Below, piece after piece: positions 51,521 through 64,000 of a stretch of DNA of 64,000 nucleotides; within the stretch, counting starts at the first letter, position 1; every line of letters begins with the position of its first letter. Location: NCBI RefSeq assembly GCF_001447785.1, contig NW_015169177.1, positions 1,098,032 to 1,162,031 of the forward strand, in the 5' to 3' direction. The notes under the pieces were generated by a model. It was not told the DNA's origin, did not search any database, and saw nothing but the letters and a program-made list of their open reading frames with translations. The translations under genes were made by a program, and so were the position numbers. The DNA is from Gekko japonicus (Eukaryota).

Positions 51521-51522
<2 letters not shown>

Positions 51523-51569
<47 letters not shown>
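51523..51569. repeat. (CT)n microsatellite
   Basis: Direct observation. Confidence 0.95.
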
Positions 51570-51571
<2 letters not shown>

Positions 51572-51856
51572 CCAAATCACAAATTGTCAAGTGCCTTTTT
51601 ATTTATTTTTTTCTAAGNNNNNNNNNNNNNNNNNNNNNNNNNNNNNNNNNNNNNNNNNNNNNNNNNNNNNNNNNNNNNNNNNNNNNNNNNNNNNNNNNNN
51701 NNNNNNNNNNNNNNNNNNNNNNNNNNNNNNNNNNNNNNNNNNNNNNNNNNNNNNNNNNNNNNNNNNNNNNNNNNNNNNNNNNNNNNNNNNNNNNNNNNNN
51801 NNNNNNNNTATATATAAATAAAATAAGAGGGATGTCTGTGTATGTGTGTGTGTATG

Positions 51857-51892
<36 letters not shown>

Positions 51893-51907
51893 TATGAGGT
51901 GTGAGTG

Positions 51908-52100
51908 TAGGAAAAATTAGGTAGGAAAAGTCAAATGCATAATTATAGGTTGGGGGAGACTTGTCTTGGCAGTAGTATGTGCGAAAAGGATGTAGGGGTT
52001 ATCGTAGACCATACGCTGAATGTGCGTCAGCAGTGTGATGCAGTTGCTAAAAAGGCAAATGCGATTTTGGGGTGTATCAACAGACGTATAGTGTCCAGAT
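51908..52100 (+). mobile_element. CR1 LINE ORF2 fragment
   Basis: YRLGETCLGSSMCEKDVGVIVDHTLNVRQQCDAVAKKANAILGCINR, a classic CR1 post-RT motif. Confidence 0.92.
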
Positions 52101-52443
52101 GTCAGCCATGGTGTTCTGTGTTGCTGGTACTTCGGTACAGTTGTTCCTCCCCATCCCCCTCCTTCCCTGCCTGTGAGCTGTTATTGAGCTGTTATTGTAT
52201 TCTGCTGTAATGCATAAGCCAAACAACTGGAGGTCGTCTTGTGGGAGTTCGCTTCATTGCTGGCTTGTTGCTTTTAGAGCCTGAGAACTGCACCTGTATA
52301 TGTCTGGAGATAACTGAGTTCCCAGGGAAAAGGCGCGCAACCGTTTCCCCTCGCCCGCCAGCGGGAATGTGACCCATTGGTTCTGTATCTGTTTCAAATC
52401 CCTTTATTATGCTTGCCCTTATGGTTTGTAGTCAGTTCTAACA
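52100..52443 (-). mobile_element. Possible solo LTR
   Basis: TGTCAG...CTAACA ends, antisense AATAAA, abuts the point where the CR1 fragment stops; flanks CAGA/AAGA. Confidence 0.35.
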
Positions 52444-53681
52444 AAGAACGTGTTTGAGTGTCTTTCCAAACAACACTTCTCCATTAGAGCGGCGGGAGGG
52501 GGAAGGCACTTTAGGCAGGCAATGGCTGGCGAGTGAAGTGAGGAGGATGGGAGGGCAGAGCACCAGCCAGGGAGAGCCAGAGCTGTCACATTACCTGGCT
52601 TGGAGAGGAGCCCTCAAATTCTGCCCCTTCCTACCAGCTCTGCCATCGTAGGCAGTGCTCACCACAGCTCTCTACCTCGCAAGCACAGGCAATGCAGGCG
52701 ATGGTGAAGGCAGGATAAACGGTGGTGTGGCGGGAAAGAGGAATGATTGCCTACCATGCGGTCAGAAGAGGAGCTGTAGCCACTGTGGAGATTACCCCTT
52801 GTTCAGCCTGCCGTGCCTTTGAGGCCTCTTTCTCTTTCCTCAGCTGCTCCATGGTGAGAACGGGGGGGGGGGGCAGGTAAGCAGCAAGCTGACAGGGAGG
52901 AGAGGGGAGCACTGATGATGGGGGAACCAGAACCAAGCGAGTACTGTACTGATGGGGGGGGGAGGCAGCAAACTGATGATGGAGGGGGCAAGAGGGCAGA
53001 GCTCCAACAAGGGGGGGAGCCAAGCAAGAGCTGCACTGGCAATGGGAGGGGCAAGCTAGGCAAGGAGCGAACTGAGGAGGGAAGGGAGGCAAACAGGCAG
53101 AGCTCCAATGACAGGCACTAAAGATGGGGGGGAGGTGTGTGTCGGCAGAGCAGCTCACTTTCCAAATACCAGCATCTTCAGAATTCCAAAGTTCAGAGTG
53201 CATAAAGTCAAGGGAACAAGATTCATGGGATAGCAGAGGAAGAAGGTGACCTCCTCTATTACATGCAAATCATTATGTTTAATTATGTGCACAGTGATAT
53301 TAGTATGTACCTCACAGACATTTACATGTAAAAAATGAATATAGGCAGGCCTTAGACTGCAAGGCACTTGCAATTCAGCAATAGACAAGGAGGCAAAATA
53401 CTAGTGACTAAGGAGACAAAGGTGAGTGCACAACAGATGCACTTATAAGCCAAGGGGGAAACATAAGTGGCAGCTATATAATATGTGACAAGCATTTACT
53501 GTGCTTCAAGTCCTTTTCTGGGACATAGACTCAAACATAGAATTAGTGAGGGAATATTCCCGTGAGTTTCTCATGGGTTTCCGCTTGTGTGTGTGTGTAT
53601 ACAAATATTTAAACAAATCAGTAAGAACATAGACATATGAACATAGCACAACCAGGGAGGAGGATTAAGTGGTATGGCCAA

Positions 53682-53712
<31 letters not shown>

Positions 53713-53759
53713 TCTCCACTCATTGATGGAAGACTGGGATACAGGTAGATAGATGAATC

Positions 53760-54270
53760 TCAATGGGAAGGTAGTTCCAAAGTTTTGTCACCACGATCAA
53801 GAAGGACCTATCTGAGGTTGCCACCCCTCTAGCCTCAAATGTACCCAAAGCAGGGCCTCCGAAGATGACTGGAGTGGATGGGTAGGCTCATATGGGAGAA
53901 GGTGGTCTTTAAGGTTTGGTGTCCCCAAGCTGTAAAGCGCTGTAAAAGTCAGTAACTGGAGCTGGGCCTAGAAGCAAAATGGGAGCCAAAGTAGATGGCA
54001 CATGACTGCAGCATTATCATCCCGCAGCTCACTTCAGTCAGCAGATTGGTTGCCGCATTCTGTACCAACAGAAGCTTCCAGACAGTTTTCAAGGGGCCGC
54101 CCCAACTATAGCACACTGCAGTAATCTAATCTATATGTTACCAGGGCATGCAACACAGCGGCAAGATCTCTCTCTTTCCGGAAGGGCTGAAGCAGGTGAA
54201 AGGCACCCTTGGCCTTGGTGGCCATTTGCTAACATGAGACCAGGGTCCAGCAACACCCCTCAAACTACAA
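53760..54270 (-). mobile_element. Old L2 LINE fragment
   Basis: Antisense similarity to L2 (GCAGTAATCTAATCT = RLDYC; GCCGCATTCTGTACC = VQNAA). Confidence 0.75.
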
Positions 54271-56499
54271 ACCTACTTGTTTTTATTGAAGCTCAAGCAT
54301 GAGTGAACCACTGCATTGTCAGATGTATAGTGAGTACATAAGGGATGCTGTGAATTTCAGTGTCAATACACTTGGCTGTCAAATTTAACCTGTCCAAAGG
54401 TGATGATCAGAGATGTGAGCCAGTCACTAGGTATGGTTCGTTCACGGCAAACAGCTGTGAATGCCCACCAAACTGGTTTGCACTGAGTTTTTCCTAAACA
54501 CAGCATGTGCAAAGATACTGCCAATTCAAACAAATCAGAGGCTATTAGTGTAACAGTGGAGGTGGAGGCAGGTATGGGGGGGGGGGACCAAGGTTATATC
54601 CCCTGTTCAAAAGCAAATGAGCACCACTAGAATATGATTACAATTCAGGGCTTATACATGTGTGAGGGAGAGAGGGTGCCAACTCAGACATTTCCTTCCA
54701 CTGTATTTTCTGTCTTTTCCACGTGCATTGAAGCCTTCCATTTTTGAAGCTGTGTGCTTAAAGAGATGTGAATTACTCATAATATATTAAATATAGGGAG
54801 GAAAAAACCCTCCACATTGCAGTAAGGTTGCTTTGTTTTGACATTTATCTTGCTATGATCGTTCTGCCAGTTGGCTTTAGGCACGGCTACCAAAAGAGTG
54901 AACACATGTTGCATTCATTAACTTTCCTCTGGCTCTGCTCAATTCTGCAAGTCGGACAAAAGCATGATCATATTAAATAGACTACAGTGCAGTTGTAATA
55001 TGAGTGCACTGTCTCGCACTTAATGGAATGATAATCTTGTGAAAGCTGTTTGGGTTTTTTTTGTCCATTTTGGAGATACTGTGTCTCTTCAGTGCAGTGC
55101 AGAATCCTGATTGCCCATGTATTGCCTGGGCTGCGCCGGCTTAGTAGTGAGCAAGTGTAATTTCAGAATTCTGTAGTGATACATCTGTCGCCATCGCACT
55201 CAGATTTATATGCTGTGCTTTCTCCAGCAGCCTCAGGGCAATTACATGGGGATATCCCATATTATTCTAATGTTTTCCCTGTGAAGTTGAGAGACTGCAG
55301 TTTGGCATATCCTNNNNNNNNNNNNNNNNNNNNNNNNNNNNNNNNNNNNNNNNNNNNNNNNNNNNNNNNNNNGATGAATATTTAAATATAGGTCTTTTGG
55401 TTGCAGACACAATTTTGTTTTCCTTCAATTAAACTAGATGTGAAATGCTTGTTTTCACAAGTTAGCAAGTACACTAGAGGTGGTAGAACTTGTTTGCTAC
55501 ATATACTTATCTTTTGAAAGGACTTTTTCCTCCCCTTTCACCCCCTGTGCATTCTATAGATTTACTGCTTGGTTACCTTTGGTGTACCTGTTGTCTTTAT
55601 TTTATTACAGTGTTTATATACTGCCTTTCACACCATTTGTAGTGGCCCAATACATCTTCCTTCCTAATCCTCCTTTTGCCCATTGTTTAAAGAATCTAGA
55701 ACCCTTGTGAGTGACAACTGGAGAATAGTGTGGAGTATACAGATCAAATTCTGAGCTTGCTCCCTCTGACCTAGTTTACCTTAATGGCTAAAATTCACAA
55801 TAAACAGAGAAGGAACAATTCATTATTGACTTTTCAGCTAGTTGAAAGGTGATTTACTATTGCCTCGGTTCCTGTCTTTCACTGGCTTTCCCAAGGCATT
55901 TGTTTGTTTGTTTACAGCATTTGTAGTTTTCTTTTTCTCCAGAAGCAGATTCCAATCGAAATATTTTAAACCAAACGTCCATAAAACATCTGTGAAACAA
56001 TATTAAAAACTGGCAACGCAATGCACGGATGAAGAGTAGGCCCTCCTAAAAAATGCTGCTGTTCAGCGTCTACAGAAGGGCTGAGGTGTGGGAGACTCCT
56101 TAATTTCTTCTGCTAAGTTATTCTACCAGGTGGCAATGCAGCCTGATCCAGCGGAAAAAGGCTCCAGAATAAATCTGTTTCTGTTGATCTAAACAACTCA
56201 AGCTCTTGATGATGTAAAAACTATGGTGTTCCAGTAGACCTGGCTAACTAGTTTTTTTTTAAAATATTTAAATGCTGAAACAGTACACTGTAAGGATAAA
56301 GAAAGAAAACAATAAGTTCAACACAGCCATTCCAAGAAAAGATCATTACTGGTTAACTAGTTCATAAAAATCCGATTGGCTCCTCAGTCGCTTCCTTTAT
56401 TTTTCGGAACACAGAAAGCGAACTTGTAACACTTGGGAGTGTGTATCACCCCCCCACCCCCCCTTTGATTCCCAGTTTGTGCCGTATGACAGATTGCTG

Positions 56500-57005
56500 T
56501 GTAGCGTCTGTGCTACTAAGTGCCTTTATTAGTGTGTTTGACGTCTAGGTTTTGGCCCCTCCTTCCAGCAGTCTCGGGTTTTCCTCCCCCCTCCCCTGTG
56601 TATCCCACCCCCTTCTGCCTCTCGCTCACTCGCGCGCGTACAAACACACTCCACAGGCAGACGCTGTCCTTTTGCTCAGTCGAACGCAGACGCTCGGGTG
56701 GAGGGAAGCTTATCACGGGCATTTTTGCCGCGCGGAATTGCTTTTGTGGCTCTCTGAAGGGGCAGGAGCTCCTCAGAATTCGAAGAATGTGGTCTCATTT
56801 GGAGAACTGGCGTTTGCTGTGAAACTCCGGTTAAGGAGGCAGAAACCGTAGACAGCACTGGTTTGCAGCTCTCAGAACGTAGGTGGCAAGAATGGAAGAC
56901 AGCTTGCCTTGTCTTGCTTCGGTGTGCAATTCCTCGGCACTGATGAACTTCTGCACCGGTAAAGTAGAACTTCCCCTTGTTTGTGTGTGAACTCGTAACG
57001 CCGTA
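56500..57005 (+). promoter_or_regulatory. CpG-enriched non-repeat region; candidate intragenic promoter / alternative first exon
   Basis: Local CpG excess (CTCGCGCGCG, GCCGCGCGG), C-rich boxes upstream, ATG at 56892 open to a CCG|GTAAAG donor-like site at 56958/56959. Confidence 0.45.
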
Positions 57006-58554
57006 GTTTCTTTCTAACCCCAAATTGGGAAGAGGTTTCTCTCCCATCTGCTTTAAAGCTGCTCTCTACAGCTGCTACAAGCCCTTCCACAAGTGAATAT
57101 CGATAAGTTTAAAAAAGCAAAGTGTTTACCTTTTCGAAGTCTAGGAATTGTTCTCTTTACAAATCGGGTTTGTGGCAGCCTTAAAGGAAGCAGATCTATT
57201 TTTAGCACTGGATGATTCTCCTGTAAAATGTGTAGTAGACACACCAAACATTCTCACTCAGCATGGCTACCCTTATAGTATGAAAATCCCCTCCCATTAA
57301 GGATAAGTGTACAATTGAGAAGGGAAAACCTGCTACATTGTGCATTTTGAATATTCAGTATACTTAACTGACTCCTGTGTCTTTACATTTCTATGAAAGA
57401 GGCATCATTTAAACTGGCTTTCATTATTACTTGCTTTGTTTTGAAGAAGGTTTAATCCCCAGAGGAAAGTTTTGGATTGCATGGGAGGGGGCTCAGAAAA
57501 GTGGCCCACAGTGAAACATCTATGCACAGTAATGTATTATGTCTGCTGCGGCATCTTGAGCATTCAGAGAATAGTTTTTATTGCTGCACAGCATGTGAAA
57601 TGCACAGCATGTGAAATTTTGCAGACCAATTTATTCTTGTCTTTCGTATATTTGATAATTAGCAGTTACTGAAGTATCTGTGTGCGATTACATTTGCATA
57701 CCACATTAAGTGGTTTGATCTCTAGCTATCAGAGGGCTGCTAAGAGAACACTTTCCTCATTATAAAGTTTGTGGTAATTATTAAAAACAATGGACCAGGA
57801 TTAGAGTAAAAACCAAAGTTTCAAGTTTAATGCTATTTTAAATGCACCAAAAGATACATGAGCACATGTGTCTTAAAAAAAAAGTTCAGTGCATTAAGAT
57901 GAAAATCACTTCTGCAGAAAGATATTAAGTGCTAAAATAGAAACTGTTTCATGCACTAAAAAGAATTATCTTTCCACACTTGCTTTTATTGGTAGGAAAA
58001 GGTGCCGCTTTATTATAAATTCCTCAAGGAAGGTTCAGTATTTTATTTGCTTCAGAAACCACTGTAGTAAGTATAGAATGTAGCCTTGAGATGTTAAAAG
58101 CACTGTGTGCCTGTTTAGGTGAGGGAGTAAGGAGAAGTTGAAGAAATTATGGTACTTTAGCATAATTAACAAGTTAAGCATTTCCCTTCTGAATAAAAAG
58201 AATTGCTCTTTCAGGTTATGTTAATGCACAGTAGTGAAGAGGAAGAGACAGATCTTAATTTGTCATGCTTTATTTCTACTGAGTGGCATCATTGGGAGCA
58301 ATCCAAAGCTCATTGATACTAACATTCAATGGGTTGCATCCACAGATTTCAATCACACCTTCTAAGAGCCATTCCTTAAAAATAAATAGTTGAGTTCAAA
58401 TCAGAAGTGGGACTCAAATGGCACATGCTATGTGGGTTGTGTTCAGTCCTTGCTGTCCAAGCAGACATGAGATCAAAACAAAATGTTTGGTTTTCTTCTG
58501 GTCTGAGCTGGTGACCTCAGGTTGATCTGGTTCAAGTCAGTAAGGATTTGGCAG

Positions 58555-58649
58555 ATGTAGAAAAGAGTAAGAGTCCAGTAGCACCTTAAATACTAACAAA
58601 ATTTGTGGTAGGGTATGAGCTTTCGTGGTCACTGCTCACTTCTTCAGAT
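58555..58649 (-). mobile_element. Penelope-like short terminal repeat with hammerhead motif
   Basis: GAGTCCAGTAGCACCTT..ACTAAC..GCTTTCGTG..CACTTCTTCAGAT; related copies occur elsewhere in the window. Confidence 0.7.
58613..58649 (-). ncRNA. Minimal type I hammerhead ribozyme motif (core intact, stem I truncated)
   Basis: AU-CUGAAGA-A-GUG..CAC-GAAA-GC-UC-AUAC; palindromic AGCU stem III. Confidence 0.7.
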
Positions 58650-61583
58650 GGTTCAGCATACCTGTTCAGTGGATCTAGTTCATTGCCACCACACAGGTAC
58701 ACCAAATTTATGTGTAGGATTTATTACACATCAATGATCGTCATTACATATAAGTACAATGAAATATGCCTTATGTAAAAATAAATAAAATAATGCATTT
58801 TTGTGTTTTTTTAATTGGGATTATTTAAACTGGGTACAATTTTTGTTAGGGCTGTGTGAGTGTATATTGCTGTCTGTGTGCATGTTAGTGGAACTCTTTA
58901 ATTTGAACCTGCATTTATTTTAAGCTTTATTTATTTATTTATTTATTTATTTGATTTATAGCCCGCTCTCCCTGCCAAAGCAGGCTCAGGGTGGCTTACA
59001 TAAAAGGTTAAAACAAGTTAAAAACATAAAACATTTATAAGACATTTATAAGGTGCTAATATATTCCACTTCAGCCCAGCAGATTTTAAAAATAAGTTCA
59101 ATTTCGGGGGGGAAATGGTTAGGTTTTGATTCATAATCAGCTTGAGTGCATGCTTAGTTATGCAGCCACAGTTAGCATGGAAGAAATATGGGACATTTTC
59201 TGTTGCACACTTTTTTCACTTATCCATGTGGCAATAGGACATGGAAAGATAATCTCCATATCACTATTATAGGAAATCAATTCAATTGGATAATGCAAGA
59301 CACAAGAGCTTTGCAATACCATCTGTACTTTTCGTTATAATCTAAAGTTACAAATGAAACAATGGACAGAACAATAACATTACCAACGATATATCAATAA
59401 GGTTATTGTAGACAGATGCATTCATACTGTTCCCTGTTGGTAGCAATTTTCATTAGGCTATGTTTAATACCACTTAGTGGGAAAACATGAATCTGCACAT
59501 GCACTNNNNNNNNNNNNNNNNNNNNNNNNNNNNNNNNNNNNNNNNNNNNNNNNNNNNNNNNNNNNNNNNNNNNNNNNNNNNNNNNNNNNNNNNNNNNNNN
59601 NNNNNNNNNNNNNNNNNNNNNNNNNNNNNNNAGATGGTTCAGTAGGAGGGTAATCGATATGGCTGACTTATAGACATTACTGCTACTATAGATACCTGTT
59701 AGCTAGACATGTTCAAATTCCTCAGGCCTTGTTTCTCTACTACCTGGAATTTTACCACTCCTGCTTTAAGTAGCACATGCTGTGTACTCATGAAGCCCCC
59801 TTTTCCGGGTAAGCTTGCATCTAAATCAGGCAAACTGTGATTTTCACAAACCATAGTTTGCCCCATTGCAGAATTAGAAATCAAGAGGGAAGTGTGGGTT
59901 GTCACAAGGTGGGTAAATTTGGGTACAGGTGACCGGACCATGCCTTGACATCACACAGAGCTATGTTCCCACCTTTAAGGAGCCTGAGCTGGTGCTTCAA
60001 AATCTGCAGTGCTGATCTGGGCTTTCTGGTGCCTGAGGATTGGATTCTGGTGCCAAGTAAATTGTGGAACTGGTGCATAAGAGGCCCAGAGAATGGGCTT
60101 GGAGGTATATGACACAGTTTTATTCCTGAGGTGAAGCTTCCTGGATGAGAGAACTCTGTGTAAACTACTCTGAGCTTCTCTAAGGAAGAACAGCATGTAT
60201 GTCGAAATACAAATAATTGGAAGCACTTTCTTAACTGTTCTGGTAAATAAAAGGGGGACATTATATTCACAGTTCAAGATTTAATATTTCATCAGGTACA
60301 AAAAATTGGTTCAAAGACGAAGATCATGTTAGGGTTGAAACAAAGTTAGACATGTCATTGAGTGTTGTGTTGAGTGTTGTAGATAACTCAGCATATCATG
60401 CATGTATGGATAATCTAGGGTGGGCAAGAAGTAGTATAGTATAGTAACTGACATTTTTAGCGAATTACTCTTGATCACTTGAGTGAGCAACTTTTCCACA
60501 CAAAAAACGTGTGTGTGTGTGTATAACAGCTACTGTATATTGTGTAGTTAAAAAAGAGAGAGAAAATTATTCATGCTGCTAAGAAGTACAGGAGACTATG
60601 TGTGTGTGCTCCATTCAGTCCCAAGGTAAGGGATCAAAAGTTCTCTCACGAGGGGTGGAGGATACTCTGATACACTTGAGTTCCTCCTCCCACAATCCCT
60701 GGAGGTCAGAAATTGATTGAACTTTCCATCTCCAGGGGGAGGAGGAGCCCACCCTCAGTCTTTTTCCTGTCTCCACCTGAGAGAGCAGTGGATTTAGAGA
60801 GCTCCTGCAATTTTCCTATAAGGATCTCTTTTGGTTGCACTTTGTTTTTTGCTTTCCACGCATGTGCCTTTCCCTTTGTTTAAAAAACAAACAAATGTTG
60901 TTCTTCTGGCCTCGTCTTCCCTGAGGCTGTTTGCCTTTTGCCTGCTGCTTCGGTCATGGTGATGTGTGCAGCTGAAGTCTCCTCCGACCATGGGACCTCC
61001 TCCGAGGGAGAGTTGGGGGAGGTGATCCCCAGGCAGTGGAGTAGGAAATCGCTGCAAACTTGCTTGCCCAGCCATCCTGCCACAGCAGAGTTCCAGGAGA
61101 GAGCCCTAGGCTGAGAATCATCTGGTTTAGTTCATGAAGAAGTAGGCTCGATTTTTGGCGCCATAACTGCACCCTCTACTGAACACTTATGATAGCCTGT
61201 ATTGGACCATCGGCCCTGTTCAGTGCAGCCTTCTGCAGCCATCGGAGCAGTGAGTCCAAGAGAGACAGTAGCTACCTGCTAGGGGGGAAGCTAGGAGGGT
61301 CTGAAGACAGGGATTCACCCTTAGGCTCTGAGGATTCTGATGCAGATTTGGATAAAGAGGAATGCCAGTTGTCTTGAGGACAAAGTCCCTCAACAGAGCA
61401 AGCCAACTCGTTTTTTCTCATGAGGAGCTTCCCACTCTCTTACATAAAGTATTAAAAAATTGACATCTTTCTGCCCCTAAGGTAGAAATCCCCAAGGAGG
61501 AAAAGGAGGAGGAGGACGATGACGATAAAGGGGCCCCTGAGGTTTTCTCTAGGGTTAGAGAGCTGGGTTCAACTTTTCTCTTC

Positions 61584-61848
61584 CCAGTTTGGTGTAGTGG
61601 TTAAGTGCACGGACTCCAATCTGGGTGAACCGGGTCTGATTCCCCATTCCTCCACTTGCAGCTGCTGGATGATCTTGGGCAAGCCATAGTTCTGTCAGAG
61701 GTGTTCTTGAAAGAGCAGTTCTCCCAGAGTTCTCTCAGCCCCACCTACCTCACAGGGTGCCTGTTGTGGGGAGGGGAAGGGAAAGGAGTTTGTAAGCCGC
61801 TCTGAGACGCTGAGTGAAGGGCAGGGTATAAATTCAATCTCCTCCTCC
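61584..61848 (+). mobile_element. Squam3-like SINE nested in DIRS
   Basis: Highly similar to 27183-27435. Confidence 0.88.
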
Positions 61849-61859
61849 TGGGTCCAATC

Positions 61860-62600
61860 TCCACTTCAAATTCCTGAACAGTTTTGTGAGATACAGGAAG
61901 TTCAAAATGGGGACCATGAAGACCATTGTGAAAGCCTTACAGCCAAACGACTTCATGGTCTCCATTGATTTGACCAAGGCATATCTTCATGTGTCCATAA
62001 TTCTCCAGGACAGACAGTATCTGAGATTCATCTTTAGTCAAAAACACTTCCAGGTCAGGGCCATGCCATTTGGGTTGACATGAGCGCCCTGGATATTCAC
62101 AAAACTGTTCACTTGATGTAAGCATGTGTCTCAAAGGAATCTATATCTGTCTCTACCTTGACAATCTCCTTATAAGGTCATCTTCACGAGAGCAGGCACT
62201 CAGGGACATTCAGGAGACTATCCAGTGCCTCTCCGCTCACGGCTTCCTGATCAACCTCCAGAAGAGCCAACTAACACCTGCCCAAGTCATCCCACATTTG
62301 GGGTCAGTGATAGATTCAATCCAGAGAAAAGTGTTTCTTCCACTAGACAGAGCAGAGAAGATCAGTCAGACCATGAAACAGGTTCGCTCTGTGAAATCAG
62401 TGGACTTGATGATCCTAGCACATCTGCTAGGTTTCATGATTGCAGCCATCAAGACAGTCCCTTGGGCCTGAGCACACTCTTGGGTACTTCAGTGGATGCT
62501 ATTGCCATATCAAAAGCTCATAGCCCTCCGAAAGCACATCAGAGTCAGCATCAGTCAGTATCTCAGGAAGGACCTCATTTGGTGGACAACCAAGAAACAC
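61860..62600 (+). pseudogene. DIRS reverse transcriptase, disrupted
   Basis: ORFs 61886-62083 and 62124-62471 with stops and frameshifts; YLDD changed to YLDN. Confidence 0.9.
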
Positions 62601-62739
62601 TTGCTTTTGTCAGATGGTGCAAGAGGAAACACCTGCAACCAGATACCCTGGATCTTCCTCAGGTATTGTCTTTCCTACAGGATGGAGTTTCTCAGGGTCT
62701 CCCCGTTGCCAGGTAGCTGCTCTAAGCACCATACTTTTA

Positions 62740-63390
62740 TCAGTTATTTATTTATTTATTATCGAATTTCTACCCTGCCCTAACATCCAAAGCCAGTTCA
62801 GGGCGGCTTACAGAAAAACAGATGTTACATTAAAACATAAATTACAATTAAAACAATTCTAAAACCATCTAACATAATAAAGTGCTAATAGTCGATGTCA
62901 TTAGATTGATGGTGGCAGCCATTATTCGATGCTCTTAACTCACAGTTGGCTCCCAATCTTCATATTTAATTGTCCTTGCAGTGATTGATGTCCTTTAGGC
63001 TGTTGGTGGAAATTCTAGGGATCCAGGGCCCTCTCTCATTCCGCCATCAGTTGTTAACTGTTGGTGGTGGCGGCGGCTCCCAAAAGCCTGGTGGAAGAGC
63101 TCTGTTTTACTTGCCCTGCAGAACTGTAAAAGGTCCTGCAAAGCCCTGATCTCCTCCGGGAGCTCATTCCACCAGAACGGAGCTGCCACCGAGAAAGCCC
63201 TGGTCCTGGTTGTTGACAGCCTAGCCTCCTTAAGACCTGGGAGGGCCAGTCGGTTCTGAGCCCAACAGGTCCAACAGCAACAGCACTGGCGATCTGCCTC
63301 GATCCAGATACCTCTGGAGGTCATCCGTGAAGGTGACCAGTGCCATCTTCGTCCCATGGCCAGGGCAAAGGCTGGACTGGAAGGGATCTA
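62740..63390 (-). mobile_element. Internally deleted L2 LINE nested in the DIRS YR
   Basis: Antisense DPFQSSLCPGHGTKMAL..LLLLDL joined directly to the L2 3' region (RAFSVAAPFWWNELPEEIR) and tail. Confidence 0.88.
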
Positions 63391-63394
63391 GAAT

Positions 63395-63790
63395 AGTGGT
63401 GCACCACTCTCCAGGCACCCAGCGGTGAAGAGATTTCTGAAGGGAGTTACTTTGTCTCAGCCCCCTGCCATGCACAGGTTTCCCTCTTGGAGACTTCATG
63501 TTCTAACCAGTCCTCCATTAGAGCCTCTTAGAGAGGTTTCCCTGAAGTTCCTTACCCTGAAGGTACTTTTCCTGGTAGCTGTTACATCACCAAGACAGGC
63601 CACAGAGATAGGTGCTCTTTCCATCAGAAGGGGCTTATGGATCTTCCATAAGGACATGGTGATTCTGTGCAGAGATCCCACCTTAATTCCCAAGGTTAAC
63701 ACACCTTTTCACGGCTCACAAGAGATATATTTGCCATCCTTCTGCCTGAAGCTGTGTCATCCTAGGAAGAAGAATTGGCACTTGCTTGGC
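63395..63790 (+). pseudogene. DIRS tyrosine recombinase fragment
   Basis: ORF 63425-63802, homologous to ORF 30-299. Confidence 0.88.
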
Positions 63791-64000
63791 CAGGCAGCAT
63801 AAATCTTTCTCCTGTCAGGATGGCAGAGGGCAACCAGGGGGTAGGACTGGACCTAAAATGCTGGCTCAGAACTGCTGTTTAAATATGAACATTTCATACC
63901 TGTTCTTGACAGCAGTAAGAAACTGAAACTTGGAGTCTGCATGAGGAACACTAATGGGGCCAGTAATGATGTTACGTTCCTGAGCAAGGTTACCTGGTAG

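Larger units (their letters stand above)
60640..63790 (+). mobile_element. Decayed DIRS retrotransposon (left terminus, gag-like region, RT, YR) with nested SINE and L2
   Basis: RT: SIDLTKAYLHV..YLRF..AMPFGL..YLDNLLI. YR N-terminus: FVRWC..VLSFLQDG..GL. YR core: VKRFLKG..LTLKVLFLVAVTS.R..EIGALS. Confidence 0.92.

Noticed and set aside
51465-51893. ORFs with SL/CV/HT dipeptide repeats
   Set aside because: Translations of microsatellites and an N gap.
1-64000. Prokaryote-style system (CRISPR array, retron, phage integrase with RT)
   Set aside because: The sequence is vertebrate. The RT and tyrosine recombinase motifs are explained by DIRS retrotransposons, and I saw no regular repeat-spacer array.

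Overview
Vertebrate non-coding DNA, most likely from a squamate. The repeat content (Sauria SINEs, Squam3/Ther1-like SINEs, BovB, 5S-headed SINEs) points to a lizard, probably a gecko; this is inference. I can find no intact protein-coding gene or confidently assignable exon, so the window looks like part of a large intron or intergenic region. Nearly all recognisable ORFs are decayed transposon sequence: three DIRS (tyrosine-recombinase retrotransposon) remnants, L2, L1, CR1 and RTE-BovB LINE fragments, SINEs, hAT and PIF/Harbinger-type MITEs, a probable non-autonomous Helitron, and Penelope-like termini carrying minimal hammerhead-ribozyme motifs. The most notable structure is a hAT MITE family whose two copies share ends but carry unrelated, internally tandem-duplicated cargo; one cargo is a ~1.5 kb CpG-island/promoter-like segment ('Pack-hAT' hypothesis). 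Other points of interest are a ~230 bp-arm foldback element, a TSD-flanked chimeric retro-insertion with a BovB tail, and an orphan CpG-rich candidate alternative first exon near 56.9 kb. Repeat family names come from recalled motifs, not database searches. Boundaries without TSDs are approximate.
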